Below, in pieces: positions 8,784-18,376 of a stretch of DNA of 64,000 nucleotides (position 1 is the stretch's first letter; every line of letters begins with the position of its first letter). The stretch is taken from sequence record LR694611. One strand, written 5' to 3'. The translations under genes were made by a program, and so were the position numbers. This stretch comes from Escherichia phage rV5_ev158. The notes under the pieces are model-generated. The model searched no databases and had not been told where the DNA came from. It was given only the letters and a program-made list of their open reading frames with translations.

Positions 8784-9230
8784 ATGAAGTCTGAACGCAG
8801 GCTTATTGTGCAACTGATCCCAGAAACAGCTTGGTATAATAACCTCCGAAACGCTGTGAAGAAGAGTGAGTGGGATAAGATACGTAAGAAGTGCTATAGA
8901 GAAGCCAACTACACTTGTGAGGTGTGCGGCGGTAAAGGCAGCAAACACCCAGTGGAGTGTCATGAACTTTACACTTTCGAAGAGGGAGTGATCCGGCTTG
9001 TCGGACTGATAGCACTGTGCCCGGATTGTCACACATCGGTGCATCCTGGGTTAGCAAATATCCGTGGAAAGTATGCTCAGGCAGTTAATCAGTTGGCTAA
9101 GGTGAATAAGATCACCAAGAGTATGGCAGAGGCGTATTACCGAGACTGCTTTGCAGAGTGGCGTGAGCTTAGTAAAGTTCCAGAATGGAAGACTGACTTT
9201 TCGTGGATAGAGGGTTACCTTGATGGCTAA
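8784..9230 (+). CDS. hypothetical Cys/His-rich protein (possible zinc-binding)
   Basis: CEVCGG...CHELY...CPDCH; start moved to ATG 8784 to avoid overlap with upstream gene. Confidence 0.45.
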   Translation: MKSERRLIVQLIPETAWYNNLRNAVKKSEWDKIRKKCYREANYTCEVCGGKGSKHPVECHELYTFEEGVIRLVGLIALCPDCHTSVHPGLANIRGKYAQAVNQLAKVNKITKSMAEAYYRDCFAEWRELSKVPEWKTDFSWIEGYLDG

Positions 9231-9513
9231 GAGACCTGTAAAAGAGAAATTCGATAAGACAGCTTTTGTATTCGATACACCTCTGGACGACATCATTAGA
9301 GGTATGCAATCATTGTATCGGAAGGCTGAATCTGAGCAGCTGTCGGAATCAGAACTTTACTGGCTCGGTTGGTGGGAGTTAAACCTGCCTAAAGCTGAAA
9401 GTTCTTCTCTGAGAACTGTTAAAACGTGCGCCCAAGAAAACGCTGCACTTGGAATCTACCACAAAAGGAAAAGATCAACAAAAAGCTCTCCAAGAAAGAC
9501 TAAAAAGTCTTGA
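9220..9513 (+). CDS. hypothetical protein
   Basis: ORF in gene chain. Confidence 0.4.
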   Translation: MMAKRPVKEKFDKTAFVFDTPLDDIIRGMQSLYRKAESEQLSESELYWLGWWELNLPKAESSSLRTVKTCAQENAALGIYHKRKRSTKSSPRKTKKS

Positions 9514-9539
9514 CAAAAATGTTATTAATCTGATATTAT
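9510..9539 (+). promoter_or_regulatory. sigma70-type promoter TTGACA-N17/18-TATTAT
   Basis: read from sequence upstream of 9573 gene. Confidence 0.55.
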
Positions 9540-9572
9540 CGGTCAGATATCTATAAACTAGGAGAACTAGAT

Positions 9573-9881
9573 ATGCTTAAAATTTTTATTGTTGAAGATA
9601 AAGATATTGTCCAGTTGTATGCAAACGAGAATCATAAAGGTATGATTCTGAAGAAGGCAAGCAACCTTCATGAAAACACAATTCAACCTGGCGATGTAAT
9701 TAAGATCTGTGGTTATATGATACCAGACTCCTTGATGAAAATAACCCACCACTGGGGGTCTAATCCGTTCCTTTTTGAAAAGTATTGGGATGTTGAGTCA
9801 CTTATTGCAGAGAGTGATGATGCATTCCATTACAGCATCCAACCATCTTGCAGAATAACTAACAGGAGGGTCTTTGAGTAG
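9573..9881 (+). CDS. hypothetical protein
   Basis: promoter plus AGGAG RBS upstream. Confidence 0.5.
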   Translation: MLKIFIVEDKDIVQLYANENHKGMILKKASNLHENTIQPGDVIKICGYMIPDSLMKITHHWGSNPFLFEKYWDVESLIAESDDAFHYSIQPSCRITNRRVFE

Positions 9882-11013
9882 AGAATATCCACTTATTGAG
9901 TCCATAGATTGTCTGGCTGATCTTCTTGAACCTGACGCTATAGTTTATTATGACTTCGATCAGGTTGCATATCAAGCTGCAGCAAGTTGTGAAAAAAGGA
10001 CAATTGAGGTAACACACAAAGCCTCCGGACGTAAGAAGATGTTTAAAACACGAACAGAGTTCTGGGGGCGGCAGAAGAACACCGTTGGTGGTTGGTTAAA
10101 AGCTGAGAATACCAACCGTGAAGCTGCATGTAAAAAGGCTGGCAAGGAGTTTATTCCGTGGACACGAGAAGATTTCGATGTCTTGGATATCCAAACCCCT
10201 GATCCTGTAGAGAACTGCTTGCACACAATTAAGTGTAAAGCTAATGCAGTCCTTAATTATCTCGGTATTCCGGAAGATCGGTGCGTGGGGGTACTTGGAG
10301 GCACAGGTAATTTCAGACTAGATCTTCCCATGCCGGAAAGATATAAAGCCAACCGTAACAATACTCTTCGACCACTGCTGCTTGGAGATGCAAGACAGTA
10401 TCTCCAAAAGCAGTATAATGCTCAAGTGATCAACGGTATCGAGGCTGACGACTGGTTAGCTATCCAGCAATTTGAAGGTTGGAACCACTACCAAAAAACA
10501 GGTAAGTTCAACAAGTTTATTATCTCTATTGATAAGGACCAAAGAACACTACCGGGGCTTGTGTTCGATCCCATGCGAAACGATAAGGGAGATTTTGTAA
10601 GGGAAACCCCTATGCTGATCGATAACGGTATGGGGAACATCTTCATGAAGCCTAATGGAGAGGTTGGCGGTTACGGGATGCTGTTCTTCGGATACCAAAT
10701 GCTGTGTGGTGACTCTGCTGACAACATCAAGCCGTATCAAGGACTTATCGGTAAGGGTAAGTTCGGGGATGCCTCAGCATTCTACCTACTGTCTCAGTGC
10801 AGCACTCCAAAGGAGATGTGGGTGGCTATTATTGATCAGTACAAGAAGTGGTTCCCGAAAGGTGTTGTTAAGTATACTGACTTCAATGGTATTGATCGTA
10901 GAATTTCCGTAGGTCAATGGATGAGTATAATTTTTGACTGTTTGTATATGAAGCGGACATTTAATGACCAGACAAAACTTGTTAACGTTCTTAGAAATGT
11001 TGGAGCAATCTGA
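9874..11013 (+). CDS. 5'-3' exonuclease / flap endonuclease (T4 RNase H-like)
   Basis: YYDFDQVAY and GIEADDWLA motifs of the FEN family; TTG start after AGGAGGG. Confidence 0.8.
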   Translation: MSREYPLIESIDCLADLLEPDAIVYYDFDQVAYQAAASCEKRTIEVTHKASGRKKMFKTRTEFWGRQKNTVGGWLKAENTNREAACKKAGKEFIPWTREDFDVLDIQTPDPVENCLHTIKCKANAVLNYLGIPEDRCVGVLGGTGNFRLDLPMPERYKANRNNTLRPLLLGDARQYLQKQYNAQVINGIEADDWLAIQQFEGWNHYQKTGKFNKFIISIDKDQRTLPGLVFDPMRNDKGDFVRETPMLIDNGMGNIFMKPNGEVGGYGMLFFGYQMLCGDSADNIKPYQGLIGKGKFGDASAFYLLSQCSTPKEMWVAIIDQYKKWFPKGVVKYTDFNGIDRRISVGQWMSIIFDCLYMKRTFNDQTKLVNVLRNVGAI

Positions 11014-11345
11014 TGACTAAAAATGCTGTAGATAACGCAATTATGGAAGCTGTTTTTGAGGATGATCACACAACAGGGACACTTAAAACAAAAAATACAT
11101 TCGTTGTTGCCACAGGTATGTGGCGGTTGTATGAAGATGACACCATTTCATACATCCTGTACACGGATGATTACGCAGATGACCGTGTATGGTCTGCTGT
11201 TTTAAAAGAGGATTGTGAGCTGATTGAGGGCGAGCGGTTATGCATGTTCACCAGTGTGGAAACAGATGTTAAGCTTTGCTCTCTCGTCTTGTTCAAAGAT
11301 AAGGCTTATGCTCCTGATGAAGGAGAGGAGGACGAGGAAGCATGA
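11013..11345 (+). CDS. hypothetical protein
   Basis: ORF in gene chain, acidic C-terminus. Confidence 0.5.
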   Translation: MTKNAVDNAIMEAVFEDDHTTGTLKTKNTFVVATGMWRLYEDDTISYILYTDDYADDRVWSAVLKEDCELIEGERLCMFTSVETDVKLCSLVLFKDKAYAPDEGEEDEEA

Positions 11346-11971
11346 GAGAGCGTCTATTATCCATAGACCAGTCGTTGACACACACAGCTTGCGTTGTATG
11401 GGACGATGGAAAGCCTGTTCATAAGGTTGTGTTACGAACTCAAAGCTCATCTGCAAAAGAGAAGAAACCAGGGACGGTTTCTTTTGCAACAGCTGCTGAG
11501 CGTATTGACTGGATCTGCAAACAGGTCAGATATTACATCCACACGCACGGCGTTGACACCGTGGTTATGGAAGGGCTTTCCTTTGGATCACGCGGGGATG
11601 CCACACGCGAACTGGCTGGGTTGTTTTACGGTCTTGAAGTTATGCTTTGGGATGCTTTAGCTGATTGTGAAAATGACGGCCTGTTTAAGGTTCACACAGT
11701 GACACCAACAACTGCCAAAAAGTTTGCTCGTAGTCATCTTCCTGAAGAACTTGCTTTTGAGGAGAAGAAAAAGCTTGACAAAAAGACAGGTAAAGAGCAT
11801 ACTGTGAAGAAACCTGTTACGATGGATAAAAAGTTGATGGTTAAGGCCTGCGAAGTATCTGAACCAGGGTTCCTAGATGGGATCAATTTGGTACAAGGTA
11901 AGGCCGATCTCGCAGATGCTTATTGGATAGGCAGGGCGCATCTGGAGGGGTTATCGCAAAGCGTAAAATAA
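11342..11971 (+). CDS. RuvC-like (RNase H-fold) nuclease, putative junction resolvase
   Basis: LSIDQSLTHTACVV and VVMEGLSFGSRGD acidic motifs; weak pattern match only. Confidence 0.4.
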   Translation: MRERLLSIDQSLTHTACVVWDDGKPVHKVVLRTQSSSAKEKKPGTVSFATAAERIDWICKQVRYYIHTHGVDTVVMEGLSFGSRGDATRELAGLFYGLEVMLWDALADCENDGLFKVHTVTPTTAKKFARSHLPEELAFEEKKKLDKKTGKEHTVKKPVTMDKKLMVKACEVSEPGFLDGINLVQGKADLADAYWIGRAHLEGLSQSVK

Positions 11972-12528
11972 GAAAGAAAGCTGTCAAAGCCCCCGTTCAT
12001 AGCGGGTGGCTAAAAGATTCTAAGGACATAGCCAACTTTCGAAAAGAATTGTCAGAGGAGCAGGATGGTCTTGATCCGATCTTGTGCGAGCCACTTCGTA
12101 AGCCTTGTTTAGATCATGATCATCTGACTGGTCGTTGCAGGGGTGTTTTGTCTCAGTGCACTAATACCTTTGAGGGGTATGTGCTTAAATACTGGATGAA
12201 ATACTGTAACGAGTATACAGATTGCAGTTTATCAGAGGCGTTGCGCCGGATGGCTGACTATCTGGAGAAAGACTACAGCGACTTCCCGCTCCACAAAAAC
12301 TACAGAGATGATATGACAAAGTTCTTGAGGAGATGCTCTAAAGCTACGATTATTGCACGAGCAGAATCAGATCTCAATCTTGTCATTAATCCAGAGTGCA
12401 CCAAGCATGAGGCTATTGAGTCCTACATGCAGGAGTTTATAAAGAAAACTGAGGAGAGAGATTTCTATGGGGATGAAAAAGGTATTCAATCCTTGCGACT
12501 CAGTCCTGATCAGGATGAAATACCGTAA
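11923..12528 (+). CDS. endonuclease VII-like (T4 gp49 family) protein
   Basis: CLDHDHLTGRCRGVLSQCTN matches endo VII LDHDHxxGxxRGLLCxxCN as recalled; start uncertain. Confidence 0.65.
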   Translation: MDRQGASGGVIAKRKIRKKAVKAPVHSGWLKDSKDIANFRKELSEEQDGLDPILCEPLRKPCLDHDHLTGRCRGVLSQCTNTFEGYVLKYWMKYCNEYTDCSLSEALRRMADYLEKDYSDFPLHKNYRDDMTKFLRRCSKATIIARAESDLNLVINPECTKHEAIESYMQEFIKKTEERDFYGDEKGIQSLRLSPDQDEIP

Positions 12529-12688
12529 CTGGAAAGGTGTTGTTGCAGATCGCTGCGTTACTGAGCCTAATTTATGGTTTGGCTCTACAGAGTATCATAA
12601 AGAAGAGCAGTGGTTGATGCATGCCTTTGATGTAGACAAGGGCGAATATCGTGACTTCGCTTTAAAAGACATTCTTCAGTTTTACTAA
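12467..12688 (+). CDS. hypothetical protein
   Basis: short ORF; start probably downstream of the track start. Confidence 0.35.
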   Translation: MGMKKVFNPCDSVLIRMKYRNWKGVVADRCVTEPNLWFGSTEYHKEEQWLMHAFDVDKGEYRDFALKDILQFY

Positions 12689-12694
12689 GGAATT

Positions 12695-13684
12695 TTGACG
12701 ATGATGACAAAGTTAACTCTTGAGCAAATTTTAACACTAAAGCAGCAGGGATACACTAATAGACAAATTGCTCGTGAATTTTTAGGCCGTGAGTCACGTG
12801 AGAGTTGGATCCGACTACAGCTTAAACGTGCACAAGAGAATATGTCAGAGATTGTAGGAGAAGCAACGGAGCGCTTCCTTGAAGAACACAAAGGAGCTAA
12901 AGTTTGGGTGTATGATACAGAAACATCACCAACAAACGGCTGGTTCTTTGGGCACTATAAGACCAACATTCAAACCTGCGGTATTGAAATTATGCCCTAT
13001 ATGCTAACTTTCGCAGGTAAGTGGTTAGACAGTCCTAGTGTGGTTGACTGCGCTCTTCCCGATTACAAAATGTGGGATGAGGATATTCACAATGACCTCG
13101 AATTGATTCAGGACTTGTGGTATTATCGGGATAAATGTGATGTCGCAGTAGCCCACAATTCAGGTTTTGACTGTGGGTGGGCAAACCAACGATTTGCATT
13201 TCACGGGTTGCCTCCAACAAGCCCATACAAAGAGGTTGACACCCTTAAAATGATCAAGAAGGCATTCCGTTTGAATGCAAACACTTTGGAGTATGCATGC
13301 AAATACTTCCAACTTGCCCGACAGAAACTGATTGACCACACATTTGAAATGTGGATCAAGTGTGTTCATGGTGATCTTGAGGCGTTTAAACAGATGCGGG
13401 AGTACAATGTTGGTGATATCCTATCTCTGGAAGGCCTGTATTTGCTGGCACGCCCGTTTGCTAAGCAGCACCCCAACATGTCATTGTACTACCAGGATGA
13501 GGAGCCAAAAGTTCGTTGCCCACGCTGCGGTGGAGAACACCTTCACGAGGAAGAAGCTTTGGCGTATACTCAACTGAGTGCATTTAAAACATATCGCTGC
13601 GAAGGTTGTGGATCTGTTGTTCGTGACCGTAACAACATCCGTACCAGAGAAGAAATGAAAAACACCCTGATTCAGATAATCTAA
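12695..13684 (+). CDS. DEDD-family 3'-5' exonuclease (DnaQ-like) with N-terminal HTH and C-terminal zinc ribbon
   Basis: VWVYDTETS and AHNSGFD exonuclease motifs; LTLEQILTLKQQGYTNRQIAREF HTH-like; CPRCGG...CEGCG. Confidence 0.7.
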   Translation: MTMMTKLTLEQILTLKQQGYTNRQIAREFLGRESRESWIRLQLKRAQENMSEIVGEATERFLEEHKGAKVWVYDTETSPTNGWFFGHYKTNIQTCGIEIMPYMLTFAGKWLDSPSVVDCALPDYKMWDEDIHNDLELIQDLWYYRDKCDVAVAHNSGFDCGWANQRFAFHGLPPTSPYKEVDTLKMIKKAFRLNANTLEYACKYFQLARQKLIDHTFEMWIKCVHGDLEAFKQMREYNVGDILSLEGLYLLARPFAKQHPNMSLYYQDEEPKVRCPRCGGEHLHEEEALAYTQLSAFKTYRCEGCGSVVRDRNNIRTREEMKNTLIQII

Positions 13685-13693
13685 TCAAGTATA

Positions 13694-13721
13694 GGGAGGC
13701 TTGCGCCTCCCTTTTCCTTTT
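13694..13721 (+). terminator. intrinsic terminator GGGAGGC-TTGC-GCCTCCC plus TTTTCCTTTT
   Basis: perfect 7-bp stem and T-run after the exonuclease gene. Confidence 0.6.
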
Positions 13722-13730
13722 GGAGGCACT

Positions 13731-14549
13731 TTGAGCAAGAAAGAGTCCAACGACAAATATTACACAAACCCTGAGTATGCAGAATATCTTGTTGGTAAAG
13801 TAAAAGATAAGTATGGAAATTGTGCATACGTTGAGCCTTCTGCTGGAAGGGGTTCTTTTTCAAAACTATTTTCAGAGATACTGTCTTACGATCTAGTACC
13901 AGATCCTGAATTTGAAGGACCAACACCGTGCATTCAGGCAAACTTCTTGGAGGTGCATCCCAAGGCAGATGTCTTCATAGGTAACCCACCATTTGGCAAG
14001 AATTCATCTTTAGCTTGCAAATTCTTTAACCATTGTGCATCATTGCTAGAGCTTGGAGGGGCTATAGCCTTCATCTTGCCACGGACATTTGAAAAAATAT
14101 TTTTTGCAAACAAACTGGACATGTCGATGCACCTTGTCTACAGTGAAAGGTGCCCTAAGAACTCGTTTCTACTTAATGGCAAACCTTATGACGTGCCGTG
14201 TGTTTTCCAAATTTGGGAGAAAAAGGCGTGCAACAGGGATCCTGTAGAGATTGGGGAGAATAAGTTATTTTCTTTTAGCACTCCAGATGACTACGACTTC
14301 TGTGTAAGACGTGTTGGGTATAATGCTGGAAAAGTATTGGGGGAGGATGACCCAAAATCTGAAGAATCAACATATTTCATAAAATCTTTAGTTGACGGTG
14401 TTGACAGAGTGTTTGCTGAATGCTATTCTTCTTTTCAAGAAGAAGCAGGTAAGACTGCCGGAATGAAGAGTATAGGTAAGAAAGAACTACAATACATTTT
14501 GGAGACTAGGTATGATCAAAAGCATAGACTTGACCAAAGAACTTACTGA
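13731..14549 (+). CDS. DNA N6-adenine methyltransferase
   Basis: YYTNPEY, VEPSAGRGSF (motif I-like), GNPPFG (motif IV); start moved to TTG after GGAGG, clear of the terminator. Confidence 0.7.
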   Translation: MSKKESNDKYYTNPEYAEYLVGKVKDKYGNCAYVEPSAGRGSFSKLFSEILSYDLVPDPEFEGPTPCIQANFLEVHPKADVFIGNPPFGKNSSLACKFFNHCASLLELGGAIAFILPRTFEKIFFANKLDMSMHLVYSERCPKNSFLLNGKPYDVPCVFQIWEKKACNRDPVEIGENKLFSFSTPDDYDFCVRRVGYNAGKVLGEDDPKSEESTYFIKSLVDGVDRVFAECYSSFQEEAGKTAGMKSIGKKELQYILETRYDQKHRLDQRTY

Positions 14550-14970
14550 TGCAAAAGCTTTTGGTGAGACAGCGGTACAAAGGGGGCAGGCGATGGGACT
14601 GGCACTACCTTTCGTATTAAAAGAGCACTTTACAGATTTTCAACTTATCAAGGGTGATAAGGGAATGCTTATCCTGGAGCATAAGTTGAGTAAGAAACGC
14701 TATAAAGTTGTTTTTAATTCTAAAGCTCCAACAAAACTGGGATTCAGAACTTACAATCTTAACCCATCCTACACTAAGGGTGTTGGAAGGGTAGAACAAC
14801 AGCATTTCAGTGCCAGAGCTTCTTTAGCCCCTTTGATGCTAAATTTCTCAGGGGTGGCTTTAGGATACCTTGATAAGAAAAGAGTTCTTCATGTCCGTTT
14901 CACAGACTTTGTAACGCTTCTAGCCAACAACGAGGTTGATGAAAAGGGACGTGTAAAAACAAACTTCTAA
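14512..14970 (+). CDS. hypothetical protein
   Basis: ORF in gene chain. Confidence 0.45.
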   Translation: MIKSIDLTKELTDAKAFGETAVQRGQAMGLALPFVLKEHFTDFQLIKGDKGMLILEHKLSKKRYKVVFNSKAPTKLGFRTYNLNPSYTKGVGRVEQQHFSARASLAPLMLNFSGVALGYLDKKRVLHVRFTDFVTLLANNEVDEKGRVKTNF

Positions 14971-14985
14971 TAACGCATAGTATGA

Positions 14986-15189
14986 TTGGAGAACGCAATG
15001 ACACTAAAGTTAACAATTCCAGACAGCTTTTCAGAAGACTTTATCCCAGAAATGATGGGTAAGATGCGATCATTGCTTGATCAGATCGAGGAAGCTGTTT
15101 GGGAAGACGATGCTGTAGTGGCTAACGAGCTGGTAGATAAGTGTAAAAGTATTATTGATGCAGTTGAAGAATACCACGGAGGTTTTTGA
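14986..15189 (+). CDS. hypothetical small acidic protein
   Basis: ORF in gene chain. Confidence 0.4.
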   Translation: MENAMTLKLTIPDSFSEDFIPEMMGKMRSLLDQIEEAVWEDDAVVANELVDKCKSIIDAVEEYHGGF

Positions 15190-15803
15190 TGGATATTATT
15201 GTTCTTAACGCCCCACCCAGCAGTGGTAAGGATCACATTGCAGATCTCTTGTTGGAAGCTATTCCTAACTCACACCACCGTGAGGTTAAGGAGATGCTCT
15301 TCAGTGTGGCAATTAAGGCAGCTGGTGTAACTCCTCAACTCTGGAATGCACTTTATGACCGCCACTACAAAGAAGAGCCTTGCCCTTTCTTAATGATAGA
15401 CGGTAAGCATGTTTCTCCGCGAGAATGGATGATCCATTGTAGTGAAAATCTGATTAAACCTATCTTTGGTGAAGATGCTTTCGGTAAAGCCGCAGTCGCA
15501 TCTTTGAAGAAAGATTTCCCTAAAGGTAAAGGGGTTGTTGTTTACTCCGATGGTGGATTCAAAGAGGAGCTGGCATGCCTTAGCGAGTACGCGTACAGCA
15601 CAGGTGGAGATCTGTTGTTGTTCCGTATTCACCGTGTCGGATATGACTGGGGAAATGATTCCAGAACCTATCTAAGTCTGGAAAAGAACGGAATAAAAGG
15701 AATTGAGTTCGATGTTGTAAACCCTGAAGGTGCACCTTGGGAATGTGCATCGGAGATTGTGTGCAAGTATATTGATGCTAAAGAGGCCCAAGAAGAATGT
15801 TAA
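15186..15803 (+). CDS. deoxynucleoside monophosphate kinase (putative)
   Basis: P-loop NAPPSSGKD near N-terminus, resembles T4 gp1 SGVKRSGKD. Confidence 0.55.
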   Translation: MMDIIVLNAPPSSGKDHIADLLLEAIPNSHHREVKEMLFSVAIKAAGVTPQLWNALYDRHYKEEPCPFLMIDGKHVSPREWMIHCSENLIKPIFGEDAFGKAAVASLKKDFPKGKGVVVYSDGGFKEELACLSEYAYSTGGDLLLFRIHRVGYDWGNDSRTYLSLEKNGIKGIEFDVVNPEGAPWECASEIVCKYIDAKEAQEEC

Positions 15804-16390
15804 TCGGTATTGATGTAGATTTGACACTGGTAGATTCAGGAACAGCATGGTGGGAGTGGTTGGAGCGTTTATATGGTCCAGCCAGTAAGACAGTCACTAA
15901 ACCTTCTAATGGGTTAATGTATTACGATCTGTCAAAGTATTGGCCTGATCGCCCCAAAGAAAACATCATAGGGCCTTTTGATTTCTGGAGTGACCCGTTC
16001 CTCTACGACTTTCTTAAGCCTGAAGATGGGGCTATTGAGGTTATGAAAGATTTGGTGGCTCGTGGTCACAAGCTTGCATTTATCTCGGTATGCAAGAAAG
16101 GTCACCTTGCATCTAAATCAAGGTTCTTAAAGCGTTGGACTAGTGATTTTATGGATCTGGACGATCACACCCAGGGTCACGGCTTCTACGCCACGCATTT
16201 CAAGGGAAATGTGGCTGTAGATGTTATAATTGACGACAGGCATGAATACCTGAACCAATTCGCTTCACGCCCTGAAGTTATTAAAATTCTAAAAGATACG
16301 CCTTATGAGCAATTTGAGGAGTTAAAGGTCAGTGTTGACTATACCGCTAATAGCTGGTATAAAATAGGAAAGTTTTTAGAAGGTATTTGA
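15797..16390 (+). CDS. HAD-superfamily hydrolase (putative 5'-nucleotidase)
   Basis: N-terminal IGIDVDLTLV DxDxT motif. Confidence 0.55.
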   Translation: MLIGIDVDLTLVDSGTAWWEWLERLYGPASKTVTKPSNGLMYYDLSKYWPDRPKENIIGPFDFWSDPFLYDFLKPEDGAIEVMKDLVARGHKLAFISVCKKGHLASKSRFLKRWTSDFMDLDDHTQGHGFYATHFKGNVAVDVIIDDRHEYLNQFASRPEVIKILKDTPYEQFEELKVSVDYTANSWYKIGKFLEGI

Positions 16391-16391
16391 A

Positions 16392-16592
16392 ATGGGCAGA
16401 TGTTCTAAAGGTGGCGATCCTGTAGTCAGATACGGTGACTGGCTAGAGGTGTATGATCTGGGAGGTAAGCTGGTGTATGCCTCCAGGATCACCCAAGACA
16501 TGTGCTCCGATATGTTCAACAGATACCTTGCATTTAAGGCCAACATAAACCCAGACGAAATTTCCAAAATTAAAACAAGGAGAGCTAAATAA
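16392..16592 (+). CDS. hypothetical protein
   Basis: ORF in gene chain. Confidence 0.4.
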   Translation: MGRCSKGGDPVVRYGDWLEVYDLGGKLVYASRITQDMCSDMFNRYLAFKANINPDEISKIKTRRAK

Positions 16593-17575
16593 TGCTAAAA
16601 CTGTGCACTGCAAAGATCATTGCTGACAGCATTTCCGAGAAAGGTAAGCGCATCACCACTTTTGAGCTAGAGTATCCTCGAATTATTCACTCAGAGCTTA
16701 TGACGCACCGAGTGTTCAGCCGAAACGCCATGTCTTCCCGTGCAGTGCCTGTCGGAAAGATGCTGCAACAGATTGTGGAGAATCCGGCAATGCCAGTTCG
16801 CTTCGGTGTAAATAAGCGAGGAATGGAAGATGGTGGGGAACACGATCAAAAGATCCGTGTAGAGTACACTGATATGGAGCTAACTCCGGAAGAGTTTTGG
16901 AAAGAAGCTGCAAAAAACGCCGCTTGGCATGCAGAGAAGTTTGCCCTTGCTGGTTACCATAAGCAAGTATGTAACCGCTTAGTGGAGCCTTTTCAGCGCA
17001 TGAAAACAGTTGTAACAAGCACCGAGTGGAATAATTTTTTCCACCTCCGTTGCTGGCACGATGCGGATCCTACGATTCAGATGTTAGCTAATTGTATGTG
17101 GGAGGCTCTTGTGAATAGCACTCCTGAAATCCTTAAACCGGGTCAATGGCACACTCCATATGTAGAGCACGTTTATTTGGACGGGGAGTTTAACTACGCT
17201 GTACGTGACACAGAAGGAAAGCTCTGCATTCTCGATACTAAAGAAGCTCTGGCTATCAGTGCTAGTTGCTGTGCACAAGTATCTTATCGAAATATTGACA
17301 GCACGTTTGAAAAGGCAGACAGTGTGGCTAAAAAATTGATTGGTGGGGATCGTATTCATGCAAGCCCTTACGAGCACCAGGCAACACCTATGGATCACGA
17401 TAACGCAATGGAACGTTTAAACTACTACCTGTCTTCATGTGAAATCACACAAGACATCAGTACTTGGCAGGAAGGTGTAACCCATCAAGACCGTGATGGT
17501 AAATTCTGGTCTGCCAACTTTTGTGGGTGGGTTCAGCACAGACAACTGCTTAATAACCACTTCGTGAAAGGTTAA
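16592..17575 (+). CDS. thyX: flavin-dependent thymidylate synthase ThyX
   Basis: ELMTHRVFSRNAMSSRAV matches ThyX RHRx7S signature, with Thr replacing the first Arg. Confidence 0.7.
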   Translation: MLKLCTAKIIADSISEKGKRITTFELEYPRIIHSELMTHRVFSRNAMSSRAVPVGKMLQQIVENPAMPVRFGVNKRGMEDGGEHDQKIRVEYTDMELTPEEFWKEAAKNAAWHAEKFALAGYHKQVCNRLVEPFQRMKTVVTSTEWNNFFHLRCWHDADPTIQMLANCMWEALVNSTPEILKPGQWHTPYVEHVYLDGEFNYAVRDTEGKLCILDTKEALAISASCCAQVSYRNIDSTFEKADSVAKKLIGGDRIHASPYEHQATPMDHDNAMERLNYYLSSCEITQDISTWQEGVTHQDRDGKFWSANFCGWVQHRQLLNNHFVKG

Positions 17576-17604
17576 TCCTATCACAGCGATAGGTAACTTT
17601 TGTG

Positions 17605-17633
17605 TTGACTAATAGTATTAGATAATCTATAAT
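17605..17633 (+). promoter_or_regulatory. sigma70-type promoter TTGACT-N17-TATAAT
   Basis: near-consensus boxes read from sequence. Confidence 0.6.
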
Positions 17634-17634
17634 A

Positions 17635-18135
17635 ATGGCTCACTTTGTTGGTGAGCCAGAAATGGAGACAGATATGAGTAATGTTATGATTCCTAAAAAG
17701 ACATTTATTTCAGTTACTTTGGATTTCCTATCTACCGTTCCCGGGTTTAACGTTCGCACACGAAACGGTCTCCGAGCTGCACTCTTTGCCGTAGGGTTTG
17801 ATTTAAAAAGTATTGATGTTCTTCGTGGAAAAAACGTTCGATGCAAAAATAAGCCAACACATTATCGAAAGGCAGATGTATTTGCTGGTGTCATGCGTGC
17901 AGACTTTAGATACCCGCAAATGTATAACGGTGTAGATATTTTAGATGTGGATAAAGCACCTGGTGAGGCAATGCTTGTTCAAGATCTTCCGTATGATATT
18001 CCTGTAGAGGATCGTGTTAATGTAAGAAAGTATACAAAACAATCTGAAAAGGCTGAAGATATTCATATTGTTGATGAACCTTTCAATTTTGAAGATCTGC
18101 ATCGCCTGGAAAAATTATTCGGTATTGAAAGCTAA
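17635..18135 (+). CDS. hypothetical protein
   Basis: ORF downstream of strong promoter; start may be internal ATG. Confidence 0.5.
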   Translation: MAHFVGEPEMETDMSNVMIPKKTFISVTLDFLSTVPGFNVRTRNGLRAALFAVGFDLKSIDVLRGKNVRCKNKPTHYRKADVFAGVMRADFRYPQMYNGVDILDVDKAPGEAMLVQDLPYDIPVEDRVNVRKYTKQSEKAEDIHIVDEPFNFEDLHRLEKLFGIES

Positions 18136-18145
18136 GGTGGTGAAG

Positions 18146-18376
18146 ATGAGTCATAACTCCAAGTGGAAGGATCTTGGTTTTGCAAGTCGGTCAGAGTATG
18201 TTGGTTGGCTTTGGTTCAACGGCCTGACAAACGATATTAAAATGTATGATGATGTTTATTATGACGAGTATACAGGCAAAATTATAAATATCTCTGTAGA
18301 AGAGGATACCTTTATCCAGCAAGATACTGATACCTGCCTTGATAAATACGTTGATGAAGTGGAGGAAGCAAATTGA
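18146..18376 (+). CDS. hypothetical protein
   Basis: start moved to ATG (MSHNSKW) with AAGGTGG RBS, in frame with ORF 18068..18376. Confidence 0.45.
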   Translation: MSHNSKWKDLGFASRSEYVGWLWFNGLTNDIKMYDDVYYDEYTGKIINISVEEDTFIQQDTDTCLDKYVDEVEEAN

